DNA of 62,581 bases, the filler included, from Atractiella rhizophila (taxonomy: Eukaryota): the NCBI GenBank assembly GCA_021432655.1. It is 29 parts of 29 records of this genome, joined end to end, with 100 filler letters (N's around TTAATTAATTAA, not from the genome) between each part and the next. Parts side by side here need not be neighbours in the genome. Positions count along the whole stretch, not along the records: positions 1 to 2,107 come from MU272758.1; positions 2,208 to 4,311 come from MU272759.1; positions 4,412 to 6,513 come from MU272760.1; positions 6,614 to 8,707 come from MU272761.1; positions 8,808 to 10,900 come from MU272762.1; positions 11,001 to 13,088 come from MU272763.1; 23 more parts are not named here. One strand, 5' to 3'. Below, piece by piece: positions 1-12,144 of this stretch. Numbering within the stretch: the stretch's first letter is position 1; each line of letters begins with the position of its first letter. Under the pieces are notes generated by a model. It saw only the letters and a program-made list of their open reading frames with translations. It made no database searches and was not told the origin of the DNA. The translations under genes and the position numbers were made by a program.

Positions 1-673
1 CTATAACCAACCGTTTAATTCTGCGTGAACACGACAGCATCAGAGTCAATCAGAGTGGAGACTTTTGAACGAACAAGTAATACCTTTCCTTCGCTCAACC
101 CATGCCCAAAATGACTCAAAGGATAACGAATCATCTCCTCTTAACCAACAAATATAAAGGCATACTCCCCGTTGCCGAGCATGAAAAACAGGTAGAGGGA
201 GCAGGATGCACCTGACTTTGGCTGTGATCCTAGAGCTGAGGTGCAATTCGCAAATTTTGGTGGAGTAAAGTTGTGCGTGTTGAGAAACGTTAGAGCGAGT
301 TTGCAAGGTAACTGGATAGCTGTAGGGACGTTATCGAGGGTCGGAAAAGCTCAAAGTCCTCTTCCCTGCGTTCATGATCAGCTGAGAAACACAACACCAA
401 AAAAGGTCAGAGAAATGGAGAACTCACCCGTTTGGAACTTCAACAAGCCTCTCTGCCACAGAATGCTGTCATTTATCGTCGTGGACTAGTGACTGTCGAA
501 AGATCTCTGCTCGTCATCCACTCAACATCGCGCCCGCTTGAGATCTTATCACACGTATCAGCTGACCTCCGCCCGCCTCCGACCAGACTTCACAACCTGC
601 CACAACCACGCTCCCAGTCTCACAGAAAGACCAGGAATTTGTGGAAGGTGGCACACCAGCAAACCTATGTGAC

Positions 674-2107
674 ATGGCTACTAGCAGTAGCACTCGGAAG
701 GAGAATCAGATGTTGGGGGGAAAGTACGAGATTGAGGAGGAGATTGGCAAGGGGAGCTTTGCAACTGTTTATCGTGGGAGGGCAAAGGTAAGTTCTTTCC
801 TATCCTTATGAGCATCATCCATGTAATCCAAAATATGTGGGATTGGCATTGCGAGATTGTAAGGGGGTACATGAGAGGAGCGAATGTTACGTGATAGGAG
901 TGGCGTATTTCGCGATGCTTCTCCTCCTCCTGAGAATTGCTTTCCACACTGTCCCTTCAATCATGAATTGGGTTATTCTTGTTCTTCCTCCTTCGAGGCA
1001 AAATGAGGAGCATTTGCGCATCTGTTCTCGCTGGACGAGTTGAACCTGCCTTACATAACGCACTGGCTGCACGACTGACTCCTCCCCCTTGACCCGCAGA
1101 ATTCTTCCAGATCACAAACACAAACGCAACCGATAGCAATAAAATCAGTCATACGATCCAAACTCACTTCGAAACTGCTCGAGAATCTAGAGTCTGAAAT
1201 CGAGATTCTGAAAGGAATATCACATACCAACATTGTCGAGTTGATTGACATAGTGGTTCGTCATCACTTCTACATCCTCCATTCCTCTTCAATCCCATGT
1301 AATACGCTAAGATACTTGGCGCAGAAAACGGAGAGCCATATTTATCTCATGATGTTCTACTGTTCAATGGGCGACCTCTCATTGTACATCCCGAAGAGGC
1401 ATGCCAATCCCGAAGCGCAGAAGAGAGAGATGTCACTTGGATTGGGGAAAGAGTATCCAAATCCTCCTGACGGCGGTTTAAACGAGATGGTCGTGCGCGA
1501 CTTCTGTGGACAACTCAGTTCGTCTTCTCGTATTTCCCTGCAACAGAGTACATGACGATTGCATGGATAGCTGAAGCGATGAAGTTCTTGTTTTCGCGAA
1601 ACATCATCCATCGAGACATCAAACCTCAAAACCTGTTGCTTCACCCCCGTTCACTTCCCTCCTCCCCATCCTCCCCACAGTCTTCCTCATCCCCATCTCG
1701 ACCCCAAATCCCCTATCTCAAAGTGGCCGACTTCGGGTTCGCGCGGTGGCTCCCATCCCAGTCGCTCGCCGAAACTCTTTGTGGTTCACCCTTGTACATG
1801 GCGCCCGAGATACTACGCTACGAGAAATATGGTGCTTCGGCTGATTTGTGGAGCGTTGGTGCAGTCATTTACGAGATGTGTGTTGGACGCGCGCCGTATA
1901 GAGCACAAAATCATGTGGAGCTTTTGAGGAGAATAGAGAAAGGGGATGGAACTATTAGATGGCCGGATGAACGGAAGGAAGAGGGAAGTAGCGGTGGAAA
2001 TGGCAATGGAGTGAAGGCGAGACAGAAGACTGTGGTGAAGGAGGATATAAAGGAATTGGTGAGGGGATTGTTAAAGCGGAATCCAGCGGAGAGGATGGAT
2101 TTCCAGG
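674..2107 (+). CDS. ATG1: Atg1/ULK serine/threonine kinase, N-terminal kinase domain (spliced, 3'-truncated by contig end)
   Basis: Exon 1 (674-787) [35 protein letters not shown], then a GTAAGT donor. Exon 2 (~1100-1255) [37 protein letters not shown]. Later exons carry [11 protein letters not shown] and [34 protein letters not shown], the Atg1-type activation loop. Confidence 0.95.
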
Positions 2108-2207
2108 NNNNNNNNNNNNNNNNNNNNNNNNNNNNNNNNNNNNNNNNNNNNTTAATTAATTAANNNNNNNNNNNNNNNNNNNNNNNNNNNNNNNNNNNNN
2201 NNNNNNN
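2108..2207. other. Artificial contig spacer N44-TTAATTAATTAA-N44 (first of 28)
   Basis: Identical 100-bp spacers start at 2108, 4312, 6514, 8708, 10901, 13089, 15276, 17461, 19646, 21814, 23978, 26142, 28302, 30459, 32614, 34767, 36918, 39067, 41214, 43359, 45502, 47640, 49777, 51913, 54048, 56182, 58316 and 60449. Contig lengths decrease from 2107 to 2033 bp. Confidence 0.99.
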
Positions 2208-2327
2208 GTACAAACCTAACCTTATGTGGACCGGCTGCTTGCGGGCCATAGCCGGCCCAACCAAATCACCTCTCCGCCAGCCAAACAGGCCTAGGCTTGC
2301 CGGCGGACGGGACGGTGCAAAGCCCTA
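2208..2327 (-). mobile_element. Terminus of a hAT-like DNA transposon/MITE
   Basis: The reverse complement begins TAGGGCTTTGCACCGTCCCGTCC, similar in style to the TAGGGATGGC... TIR of the hAT at 43739. The subterminal region is GC-rich; the other end is off-contig. Confidence 0.5.
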
Positions 2328-2329
2328 GT

Positions 2330-3232
2330 TCCCATGGATCACATTTGGGGCTGGGTACAGAATATCCCTGATGTTCATTTGCTCCAGCAACAGGGCTTGG
2401 TTAAGCAGGTTCTCTTGGTATTTGTTGTCCTGATTGATTCGTTTCTTGAGGAATCCAATCATTCCCTCCATCGGGAACTGTGAGTAGAGGATCCCCGGCC
2501 CCCACCAGAGCAGTCAGCAATGTGCAAGAGGTGGTGGATGCACATTGGCATACAACTAAGACGGGTGCGATCTCCATGGACGTATAGCTTCTCCCAGCCC
2601 ATAACGAAAGAACCAAAATGTTCCCGAATCTTCAGGCGCTCCTGTTCAGTAATCTCATGTTGCCATGCCTGTCGGCAGCCGCAGATAAATGAGTCGAGAA
2701 GGTGTATGATGTCGACCGGGAATCCTAGAAGGAACAGACAGGGAACAAGGAACCAATCAAATATGTCCCACCACTCATGCATCTTATAGTAATGCTGATC
2801 TACGAGTTGACCGATAATCTTGCAAAAGTGTCAGCCACACTTTCCTTGATGGCCTGTGTAGCCATTTGTCTTTGCAGAACCGAGCATATCGCCTGTATTA
2901 ATATCAATACATTATGAAGAAAGTGTGAGATAACTTACCCAGCTTGTTGATAAGCCATCCCTTCCAAATAAACCACTTCTAAGACGCGACATCCCGCATC
3001 CACAACCCTCCACTCAGCTTTGCCATCACCTTATAGAACGGGAGGAAGAATGATTGAATATTGACTGGATTGTTGGGACCGGGGATGCCTAGTATAAAGA
3101 AGGTATGACGGCGCTTTGCTCTGACTTGCATGTTGAAGTCAAGGAACGAGAGAAAGACAAACCACATGTTGGAGTTGTGGTAGCGTGGATAGCTGCACCA
3201 TCCGTCGACGCAATGAAAACAGATTCTCGTCT
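2330..3232 (-). pseudogene. CACTA/EnSpm (Tnp2-family) transposase relic
   Basis: Fragments FIASTDGA, WFVFLSFLDF..ILGIPGPNNPVNIQSFFLPFYKVMAKLSGGLWMRD and FVMGWEKLYVHGDRTRLSCMPMCIHHLLHIAD match fungal Tnp2/DUF4218 motifs. Stops and frameshifts are present. Confidence 0.7.
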
Positions 3233-4200
3233 AAGGAAGGTGGCAGCTGTCACTTCCCCTTTCCGCCAGCCATCCATTACCAATTCAACCACTGTTAATA
3301 GCGCGTCGGTGCTGCTCCTTCCAACTCTGTCCCCGAAGTGTTGCGGAGGAAGAAGCTTGTGTTTCTCGGTAAAAAAGGCCAATCTCGATGCTAGGACCCC
3401 ATCAAATACTTTAGCGAGGCATTTTAGAAGTTGTAAGCTTTAAGAACCATATAATCTGGCTTTTTTGGCTTTCTTAAAATTGCCGTTGTAAAGCTCTTCC
3501 ACTTTTGTGTGGTAGTAGTTGATAGAATACGAAGAGGAGATAATGTGGAATAGTACTTCCCTGATAGTGGGCCAAAGTTCCTTAAGCACCATATTTGAGA
3601 TTCCAACGTCACCAGGAGCTGACTTTGCTTTTGCATTTTCGATGTATCTGTCTAGCTCTTGAATTTCGATATCGCCAAAGCTAATGTGGTCCTCTGGTGT
3701 CTCTTGAACGTATTCTAGATCTTCGAGTAGAGGGTTGGGGTGCATAGCGCTGAAGGTGTCGTGGAAGACGCTCGCTTTCTCTTGGTTATCAATAGTGAAG
3801 GTGTTGTGTGGATTCTTAAGCGATGGAATCTGCCACTCTCATTCTTCATGCTTGGCATATGCTGAAGTGGTCCATAAGGACTTCTCATCTAGGCATGCGA
3901 GAAAATTGTTCCAGTGCAAACGCTTTCACACTTGGACCGTACTTCGAAAATGACGGAGGGAACTTTGCCACAAATCATAGTCCCGTCCATCTTTCGTTTT
4001 TTGGAACCTGTTTCGTTGCTTCCCAACCCAAGCATGGAGCTCTGAGAGTTCCTCGTCCCACCATCTTTTGGAAAACTTGGATACCTTCACCGTTGATGTC
4101 GACACCTCCAGCGCTTTTTGGATCGATTTGGTGAAAGCCCATCTCAAGTTGAGCACCTACAATGCTGTCTTGGATGATTCGTCTTACCCCCTGTGGTCTG
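3233..4200 (-). mobile_element. Tad1-like LINE reverse transcriptase relic
   Basis: SKRWWDEEL, KSAPGDVGISNMVLK, KPKKPDY..KAY and LLPPQHFGDRVGRSSTDALL..WRKGEVTAATFL are LINE ORF2/RT motifs. Frameshifted and truncated. Confidence 0.85.
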
Positions 4201-4411
4201 TTTGTGAGTAACTTGTGTTCCTTAGACATCTTTAACCTCATGCTGGTTAGTTCTTGACCCACGACTCAATCACCACTTCCTTTCAAATCCTATTTTTGAT
4301 GAGCACAGGGANNNNNNNNNNNNNNNNNNNNNNNNNNNNNNNNNNNNNNNNNNNNTTAATTAATTAANNNNNNNNNNNNNNNNNNNNNNNNNNNNNNNNN
4401 NNNNNNNNNNN

Positions 4412-6101
4412 CATGAAGCTCGTCCTGCTGCTGATCATCTCGTACAAGGTATGATCCCTCACCTCCCGTTTTGTTCGTTACTATGTTGATGTTCTGATAG
4501 TGTACAGTGAACGGATTACAGCTCGTCGAAGGTTTCCGTTACCGCCTCCAGGGCCTTGCTTTGGGCGAGAGGCTGAGATCCAACTTGCGAGAGAAGCTAT
4601 CCTTAGTGGCCGTCACGTCGCGATTGTTGGTGGAGCTGGAAATGGAAAATCCACCGTTGCACTCGACACATTACACGCAGAGGAGATCAAGCGGGCCTTC
4701 GCAGGGGACACTCGAGAAGATCTCCGCTTTTGGGTTCGCTGTGACAACTTTGACAACTTTGCCAGGCTTTCAGATCACATTTGCAGTGATATCTTCGCCC
4801 TGTCTTAGTCTAGCAAGACACCACTGGAGAATGCGGCCACCTACTTCAGAAGTCGAAAATGTCTTCTTGGATAACTTTGAAACTCCTCTACGTGCTGACA
4901 ACGACGACAAAGGAGACATTCTTTCGAACACTTCTTTCAAACAACTCAGGCGGGTCAGTGCTCGTCCTGGCCCATCGGGGAATTCAAGCAGAATCTTTAG
5001 GTGTGAAGAAGCTGGCGCCTATGAAGGAGCAGGCGTGGGTGAAGTTTGTCAAGGTCTCAGTTGGACGTTTGCCGAAAGACGGTGCGCTGGAACTCTTTGC
5101 AGATTCATATAGCGAGAAGATGCGTTCTCACATCTACTGGTCAGAAGCCTAGTTCAACAGCTGGACTTCCATGCTTTGTCCATCAAGCTATTTGCTCCAA
5201 GGGCCAATGAGGATCCAAACCATGACACTCGAGGAATTAGTAGGCATGTGGCAAGCGAAAAAGGGTGAGGGTGGTTTTTTGTGCTTGCCCTCCTGTCGTG
5301 TGTGCCTGGCGGTTTATCCTACCATGATTTGTCAGCACTGCTATCCAGTTCTTATGAGCATAAGGGTGCCTTCAAGGTTGTCGGTGTAATTTCGAAATTG
5401 GACTTGCCAATGGCCTCGAAGGCACTCTACGTATGCTAGCTCCTATTCGTGAATACCTCAACGACCGTGTCTCTCGTTCCGAATCACCATTTTCGATGGC
5501 TCTTGCATAGTCGTTGCTGCCTCTTTCATACCATCTCATGCCGAAAGCTGAGACAAATATTCAACAGTTTGAGGCCCACGAGGATCAGCACGCACTGTTT
5601 CAATTCCGTGAACAATACCCAAACCTTGAACATGTCCTGCTAAGGAGCATGTTATGCCTGTCAAACCCTTTACCAATCCTGCTGCATTTGCAAACGACAT
5701 CAGAGTTTCTGCGCCTGAAGCATCGGCTCTCAACTTCACTATTTCAACGGGCGACACATGTAGTGAACACGGCGCTGGGAATGACCCTGTCTCCGGGTTA
5801 CATCGAGTCTGAACGGTGAAGACTGAGGCGTTCGCTGACAATGTCACTCGGCAATTGTTTTTACGCCCATGGCGAGAATAAGGATGCTCTGAAGGTGTTT
5901 GAAAAGTCAAAGGTCCTTTACATGGAAATGGGAGCTCGAATGGGTCAAGCCAATTGTGTCCACGACATCGGGAAGATTGATTTTCGATGTGGGCAGAATG
6001 AGAATGGTCTGAAGGTGTTTGAAGAGGCAAAGGTGCTTTACACGGAAGTAGGTGATGTATATGGCGAGTATATGGTGAAACGCATTGCTGCCGTTCAATA
6101 G
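4412..6101 (+). pseudogene. Fungal NLR-like STAND/NB-ARC NTPase with C-terminal TPR repeats, disrupted
   Basis: LPPPGPCFGRE, Walker A GGAGNGKS, RFWVRCD, Walker B LDNFETP, LDFHALSIKL, and two 40-aa TPR-like repeats (120-bp period, 5881/6001). In-frame TAG at 4806-4808 and a frameshift near 4868. Confidence 0.75.
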
Positions 6102-6362
6102 CTGGTGTTCTGCAACATACAATTCATAGAAGGTCACCGCCGGCAAGTGGTGCTGCGGGTGTGTAGCGCAGAGATCATTCGAAATAAGTATCCTTACCTC
6201 TAAAAGCCATCCGTTCTTGGCATGAGTCATAAAACGCACTTTTGAGCGTTCATACCTCCCTCAGCAGGCACATTGAAACGAAATGAATTACGCCATGTTA
6301 CTGCATATATTTGCGCCCTTCTGGAGCTGCAAGGAAATTTTATTTTGAAGTGGTGAGAAAAA

Positions 6363-6458
6363 GTGTTTTGCAGCGGACTCGAACCCTTTGCAACCGTGTA
6401 CTCTGCTTTCCCCGGCTCCACTGGCTTCCCCACTTGGCCCACTTGGCCGCTAAACACC
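6363..6458 (-). ncRNA. Degenerate tRNA-like / Pol III-promoter element (possible SINE head)
   Basis: The minus strand has an A-box-like CGGCCAAGTGG (6439-6449), B-box GGTTCGAGTCC (6375-6385), complementary ends GTGTTT/AAACAC and a T5 run just downstream. The T-stem pairs poorly. Confidence 0.3.
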
Positions 6459-6613
6459 GTGCGCAGCTGCCCCGCAAAGCAACCGCAGCACACGGCGCCA
6501 AAACAAGGCCGCANNNNNNNNNNNNNNNNNNNNNNNNNNNNNNNNNNNNNNNNNNNNTTAATTAATTAANNNNNNNNNNNNNNNNNNNNNNNNNNNNNNN
6601 NNNNNNNNNNNNN

Positions 6614-8704
6614 TTCAGATAAATTGTCATCCTGTTCGTCTAAGAGTCGCTTCGAAAGGGCAAGTTCGAGTTGCACGACGTAGTAGTAGTTGCGGTCCTA
6701 GCATGAAATCAGCGTCTATGTTAGATGTAATTCCATATATACATGGAACCAATCTTCAATTTCGCGGTCTATGTATTCAATCTCATGCAGATATCGAGCC
6801 CCGACCGAGTTGGAGAGAAACCTAACCATAGGATAAGATGCAAAAGAGACAGCGCTGAAATACGTGCCTCAGCAAGAGAGGAGCTCCGACATCCCCCAGG
6901 TGATCTAATGAAGGTCGCATCTGGACAACAATTTCCAATGTACGCAGGGATCGACATGCTTCTTCAAGTAGCCTAACGGTGAGATTGCACACCTCACTCG
7001 AGGTGTCGTATAATTGTGTCAAAAGAAGGTGAATCTGCCAATCCTTTGCATCCGTTTCTTCATGAATAAGTTTCCCAAGATGTTGCGTTGCAAAGAGTCG
7101 AGTGTGCTAAGGCTTCGTTAGTGTCGAGCAGAGATGAGAGATCCAAAGTAACTTTGTAGCTTGATGTCAGGGCTTTCGACAAAATGACACGAGAGTGTCC
7201 ATCACTGGTGCATATCGTCAGGTTTCCTTGGAATGACTAACATCTACTACCCACAACTCATAATCCATGTTCTCAACTATTGCTTTCACAATGTCATCTC
7301 TACTCCGTAACTCGCTGAGATGATAGAACAAAGTAAAGATTTTAAAACGCTCCAGCAATCTGTTACAGTCGTTGACAGCTTCCTGTTGTTCGAACGGGAT
7401 AACCCACCTCACACCCTCAGAGTAACCACTCAAAGTGCCGATCATCTCAAAATACCCGGACGCTAAACAGTGTTCCAAGCGCTGCTTTGTGAAGATTGCA
7501 TCCAGCGGGGTCATTCCTGTGAGCTAATTTGAAAATTAGCAGAATTCCTTGCCGTCAGGTTGATAGGACGTACTGGATCGAGGTGCCCTAAGCAATCCGC
7601 AATTTGCTTTAGCAACTTGTCCTCTGCTAAATAGCGGATGCCATCAGGACTGGCGAGCAGGGCAACCAAGACTGTGCAACCCAATTTCGTCCACTTGGTT
7701 GTATTCTGTCCATTTCATCGATTATTGGCAGTTAAAACATTAGAGAGCAAATACCTTGTTCTTCTTCACATCGCAATATTGGCGGCTGAGTGGGTGGAAA
7801 AATCGCAAAACATTGCGAACAAACTTGGATGCTCTCATAGCCTCGTTGAGTCGATCCGGATTGAGAAGTGGCCCTTCGAATAAATCCATTAGAGTTTCAA
7901 AAGACCACCGACTCCAGTCCTTGGTGCTCAAAACCTGAGCTTGTACAACCATATTTTTGAAACTGTTGTCGTCGATTTGCATTCCCATTCGGAGTTTGGT
8001 GTTCTCAACCTGGCGTTGTCCGCGTTTCAAAGGATCATCGAGCGAATTGGATCTGGTAATGGGTCACCCGTTAGCTTGGAGGTTGGAGAAAATACCCGCC
8101 TGGCTCTCGGATCAAGTTTCAGTGGCTCGAGACGGGAGGAATTTCGACCGAAGCTGTCGACATCGTACAAAGCTGACGTGGCTATGAGACGTGCGCTATC
8201 GCTGTGAAACTCGGAAGCAAGTTCAAAGAGACGAGGTAAAGCTTGAACCTTTGCCCCGTAGGCTAAAGGAAGAATTCGATTGCCGTATCGTAGCAGCTCT
8301 CCGATTAAGAGTGACACTTTGCGACTGACTGGGGTCGCTGCTCTCTCCTCAGCGACACCGATGAGGGCCTGAAGCAAATCCGTCAGCTAGCATGCATCAT
8401 ATGCCTAATTACTGACCTCAATAAGCCCTGCGTCAACGAAGACAAGTAATAGAAGGGATTTGTAATGGTCGATGAGATTAACACGGTCTCCTTGGGGATC
8501 GGGGGGGAGCTGGTGTCTTTTTTGAAATTGTGCGTCACTGAAATCAGGTTTTCGTTGACGGTAAACTATTGCGCATCAAAGGTCAGGGGCGGAAGGATGT
8601 AATTAGCAGCTCACGAGTTAACCTCTTTCCAGACAGGAACGAATTGTACCAATCTGGAGGTTGAACGCCAAAGATATCAAATAGAGTGTCGAGAACTGCT
8701 TCCT
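6614..8704 (-). CDS. AVO3: TORC2 subunit Rictor/Avo3/Ste20, internal fragment (multi-exon)
   Basis: KRGQRQVENTKLRMGMQIDD..FEGPLLNPDRLNEA..FFHP, GYFEMIGTLS..LSELRSRDD and TQLYD..EVC..LEEAC match the Rictor middle domains. GT-AG introns lie between exons. Confidence 0.9.
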
Positions 8705-8807
8705 GCANNNNNNNNNNNNNNNNNNNNNNNNNNNNNNNNNNNNNNNNNNNNTTAATTAATTAANNNNNNNNNNNNNNNNNNNNNNNNNNNNNNNNNNNNN
8801 NNNNNNN

Positions 8808-10008
8808 CTGAGTATAAAGTGGAAGCGAAAGAAGCGAGCGCACAGTGCTTCATTGAGTCCAAATCCGGCCAGAGATTCAAGGTGTGTATTCTTCCTTTCT
8901 ATGGAGTACCCAACTCAGACTTCCGTGAGCAGATTAAATTCCAGAAGATAGATGATTCACGTCCAGCCATGACGGACGGATTCGACCTGAGTGTTCGGTT
9001 CTGGATTGATGGTGCGTTCCACAACCGACTTTATTCAGGAGCTGAGTGATCTCTCAGGTACATGGGCTCAGAGTATCTCCTATCAACACCCATTTAGAAA
9101 AGGGGGAGCAACCTCAGAAGGTATACGAGAGACGGCAAACAGTCGGAGACCGTACGAATTTCAGGACATCAATATTGTAGACGAGGATGATCCGAATTGC
9201 TGCGAAGACGAACGTGTGATAAGAAATGTGCACTCTTCCCTGTTCCCTCGTTTCATGCAGGTCTGTCTTACTCTGGGCTTGCAGCTCGGATCAATACAAG
9301 TTAAATGTTATCGAGGAAACATTGGTACGTTCTTTTTCCTTCCTGTGAGATCCCCATGTTTATTCATTGACATTACATTTGGGTCAGGTGCTGCCACCAG
9401 GTTCCAGCCACCGTCAGAAATTATTGCATCCAAATCCTTCAACGAAAAATCGAAAAAAGCGCGTTTATCCAACCAAACCAAGCGCGTCATCCCTTCTTCC
9501 TTCATGTTCCTCGCTAAAGTTTTGTTTATCTTAGTCTTGGAGATGCCATACCTTGTACAGACAAGGGATTCGTCAAATTTGACTCCATTGATGGAGATAA
9601 CCGTCCATGGGCGGAATTCACTTTTCACTATCGCTCAAGGACACTCCTTGAGTTAGAGGAAGGTATTGAACTTCGTTCGTCGCCCTCCCCTCACCGACAG
9701 ACAAAAGGCAACAACTCAAACTGATGTCTACGGCAGATCCATTACATGATGAACAAGATGAGGAGGAGGAAATACAGATTTTGGAGGTGATGAAGGAGGT
9801 GAAGAAGGAAGACGTGAAGCCTTCGATCAAGAAATTGAAGAGGCGGAGGAGCGCAGATCCGGTTCGTTCCATCACTCATCACGCTCTCCAGGGCTTGAAA
9901 TCTGTTTAGAGGCCAAGTGGGAAGGTTGAACCCATCGACATTGACGCGTTACCGGATCTTCCAATCAAAAAACCGAAGAAGGAGAAGGCCGTCATTGTGC
10001 TCGACTGA
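8808..10008 (+). CDS. DUF7918-like fungal protein (5'-truncated, multi-exon)
   Basis: EY..AQCFIESKSGQRF, LGSIQVKCYR, FNEKSKK, PWAEFTFHYRSRTLLE and a charged tail ending AVIVLD* at 10008. Family assigned from motif recall. Confidence 0.55.
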
Positions 10009-10460
10009 TTTTTGTAGCCTCGCCATGTTGTGTTTTCTTATTTTCTCTCCAAACAGAATTTTATTCGAACTTCAACTGAATGGCCTTTCGTGTTCTCTGA
10101 CAATCTGTCAGGTTGTATATTCCTTTGCTCTCAAGCTTTGTGCGCAATTCAGCCCATTTATGGATCAATGAATCGACAACAGAAGATTCGAATGTTTGTA
10201 AGCCTGGTGATCCAACTAAGCATCACCTCCTGCATACCTGAGTCCGGCGATGTTACCAAACTCCTGACTGGCAATATTGAGCTCTGCCTCTCATAAATCA
10301 CTCGGTTTAGCTGTCTCAGAGCCGTCTGGGTCCATGTCATTTTGAAGTTCCGGCAGTTGATTGGCTACATGGGAGAGCGAAGGCAGGGGATGAGAGACGA
10401 GAGGATACTGTATGACTATGCACAATCCTGCGTGTCCACTGGCTCCAGCCTGCTGGCCGG

Positions 10461-10900
10461 TCACTCAAACATCAAATCTCCTAAGGGCCGTCCCTTCACT
10501 CTTCTGCTCTTGATCCTCTTGAGCTCTACAAACCCATGATCAGCGCTCGACCTCGTTGAAAGGATAGAGAAGGATACGAACCCAAGCATTCTCGAATCAG
10601 CTCGATGCAATCTCTGACCAACAATACCATCGAGGCGCCCCAGAAGTTCCTCAACCAAACCGGCTCGACATCTCTCCAGCTTCCCCTCAATCTCGATCCC
10701 AAGAACTCTCCTTGCAAAGTTCTCCTCAAAGGACCATGATAAGTCTTCCCGATACCAAGTAGTGTTTTGAGCCAACTGATGCCTTGTCCGTGGAAGGAGC
10801 GTGTGGCGATCAAGCGGAGAAAAGAGCCGGCGTAGTTGGAAACGAGGGGGAAGACGAGGGCTCCGACAACTAGACGGCTGAAGGATGTCGTCTCTGGTAT
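10461..10900 (-). CDS. C-terminus of a putative MARCH5-like (RING-CH) membrane protein
   Basis: SFSRLVVGALVFPLVSNYAG...DVEPVWLRNFWGASMVLLVRDCIEL, an intron, then ELKRIKSRRVKGRP..*. Resembles the C-terminus of basidiomycete RINGv proteins; the RING itself is off-contig. Confidence 0.45.
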
Positions 10901-11000
10901 NNNNNNNNNNNNNNNNNNNNNNNNNNNNNNNNNNNNNNNNNNNNTTAATTAATTAANNNNNNNNNNNNNNNNNNNNNNNNNNNNNNNNNNNNNNNNNNNN

Positions 11001-12144
11001 TTCGGGAAAGACGGTAATGGAAAGGGAAGGGATTCGTTCGCGATGGTCTTTGGTGGGGGTAGGGGAAGATGGAGTCTTCGAGCGGCCAACAGATCGCCTG
11101 GAGCCTCGAAAGTGACGGCTGGAATGCCGAAGGTGATGGCAAGGAGCGCTCCGAGTCCTCCACCTAGACTGTGGCCTACTATCCAGAGTTGAGAATCGGG
11201 ATAGCGCGCTGTGATATTGTTGAACAACTCGGTCGCCGCTGGGTAGTACGACCCCTCTTCCATCACTGCCGTCTCTACGCAATCGCCCGAGCATTGGTAG
11301 CCGTCTCCACCTTTTCGATAACAGTCGCACACTGGCGTCCACGTCCAATCTACCCGCGCACAACAGCAGGAGAAGAGCAGGTTGTCCTAAACGGCGACGA
11401 CTTAATGGACGGAGTGAGGATGGAAATGGAAAGAAAACGCACATTGAACTTATCGTTAGACCCTGTGTCCCCACCTCCACCTACGATTCCAGCGCTTGTT
11501 CCTTTGATGGCCATGACCACTGTAGAGTTATCTGGTGTAGCAAAGATGTGGCCTCTCATATTGGGCAGTGACCAGCCAAAGCTTTCTCTCTACAGAACGT
11601 GCACAAGCACGCACTTAAGCATTCCACCTTCCAACGAGAGCAATGGATAACGCACGACTTCCCATCCTTCTCCCAAATCATACCAACCCGGCGGAATGGT
11701 TCCATTAACAGGTGGATGTTCCCAGTAAGCGTTCCCAGTCATCATTGCCAATCCTTTCAGGGTATCCCAGTCACTCGTATCCGGCACCACGACTTCTTCG
11801 TCCTCCCATCCATCCCATTCCTCCCAAACCTCTCGCTCCCTCGACAACGCATTGACAATGGCAAAAGGCTCGCTGGTCCTCAACGCCACACGGGAGCGCC
11901 ACCTCGCTTTGCGAAGAGCATGATAGGTCGTCAAATTGAGGTTTCGTGGTCTGGAAATCCTTTGTTTGCGAGTGCGTAAAGGAGGGAATGAGCGAAGTGT
12001 GCCTGGCGGGGGCGAGGATGACGCGGAAGGGGAATCAAGCAGGGACCAGAAATCTACAGGTCCTGGTTGTTGGGCTGGCGCTTGAAAGGGGATTTGAGTT
12101 GCGCTGGAGAGGCTGAGAATTGTGAGAAGAGACCGCAGAATCAT
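11001..12144 (-). CDS. ATG15: Atg15 autophagic lipase (3'-truncated, spliced)
   Basis: Hydrophobic N-terminus, RGHIFATPDNSTVVMAIKGTS, DNLLFSCCCARV, lipase motif GHSLGG and VTFEAPGDLLAARRLHLP. Confidence 0.95.

Noticed and set aside
1..480. Possible divergent gene upstream of ATG1 (minus-strand GTGAGT..CAG intron-like signal at ~382-427)
   Set aside because: I could not build an open spliced reading frame.
674..12144. Apparent autophagy/TOR cluster (ATG1, Rictor, ATG15)
   Set aside because: The genes are on different contigs ordered only by length, so the proximity is an artefact.
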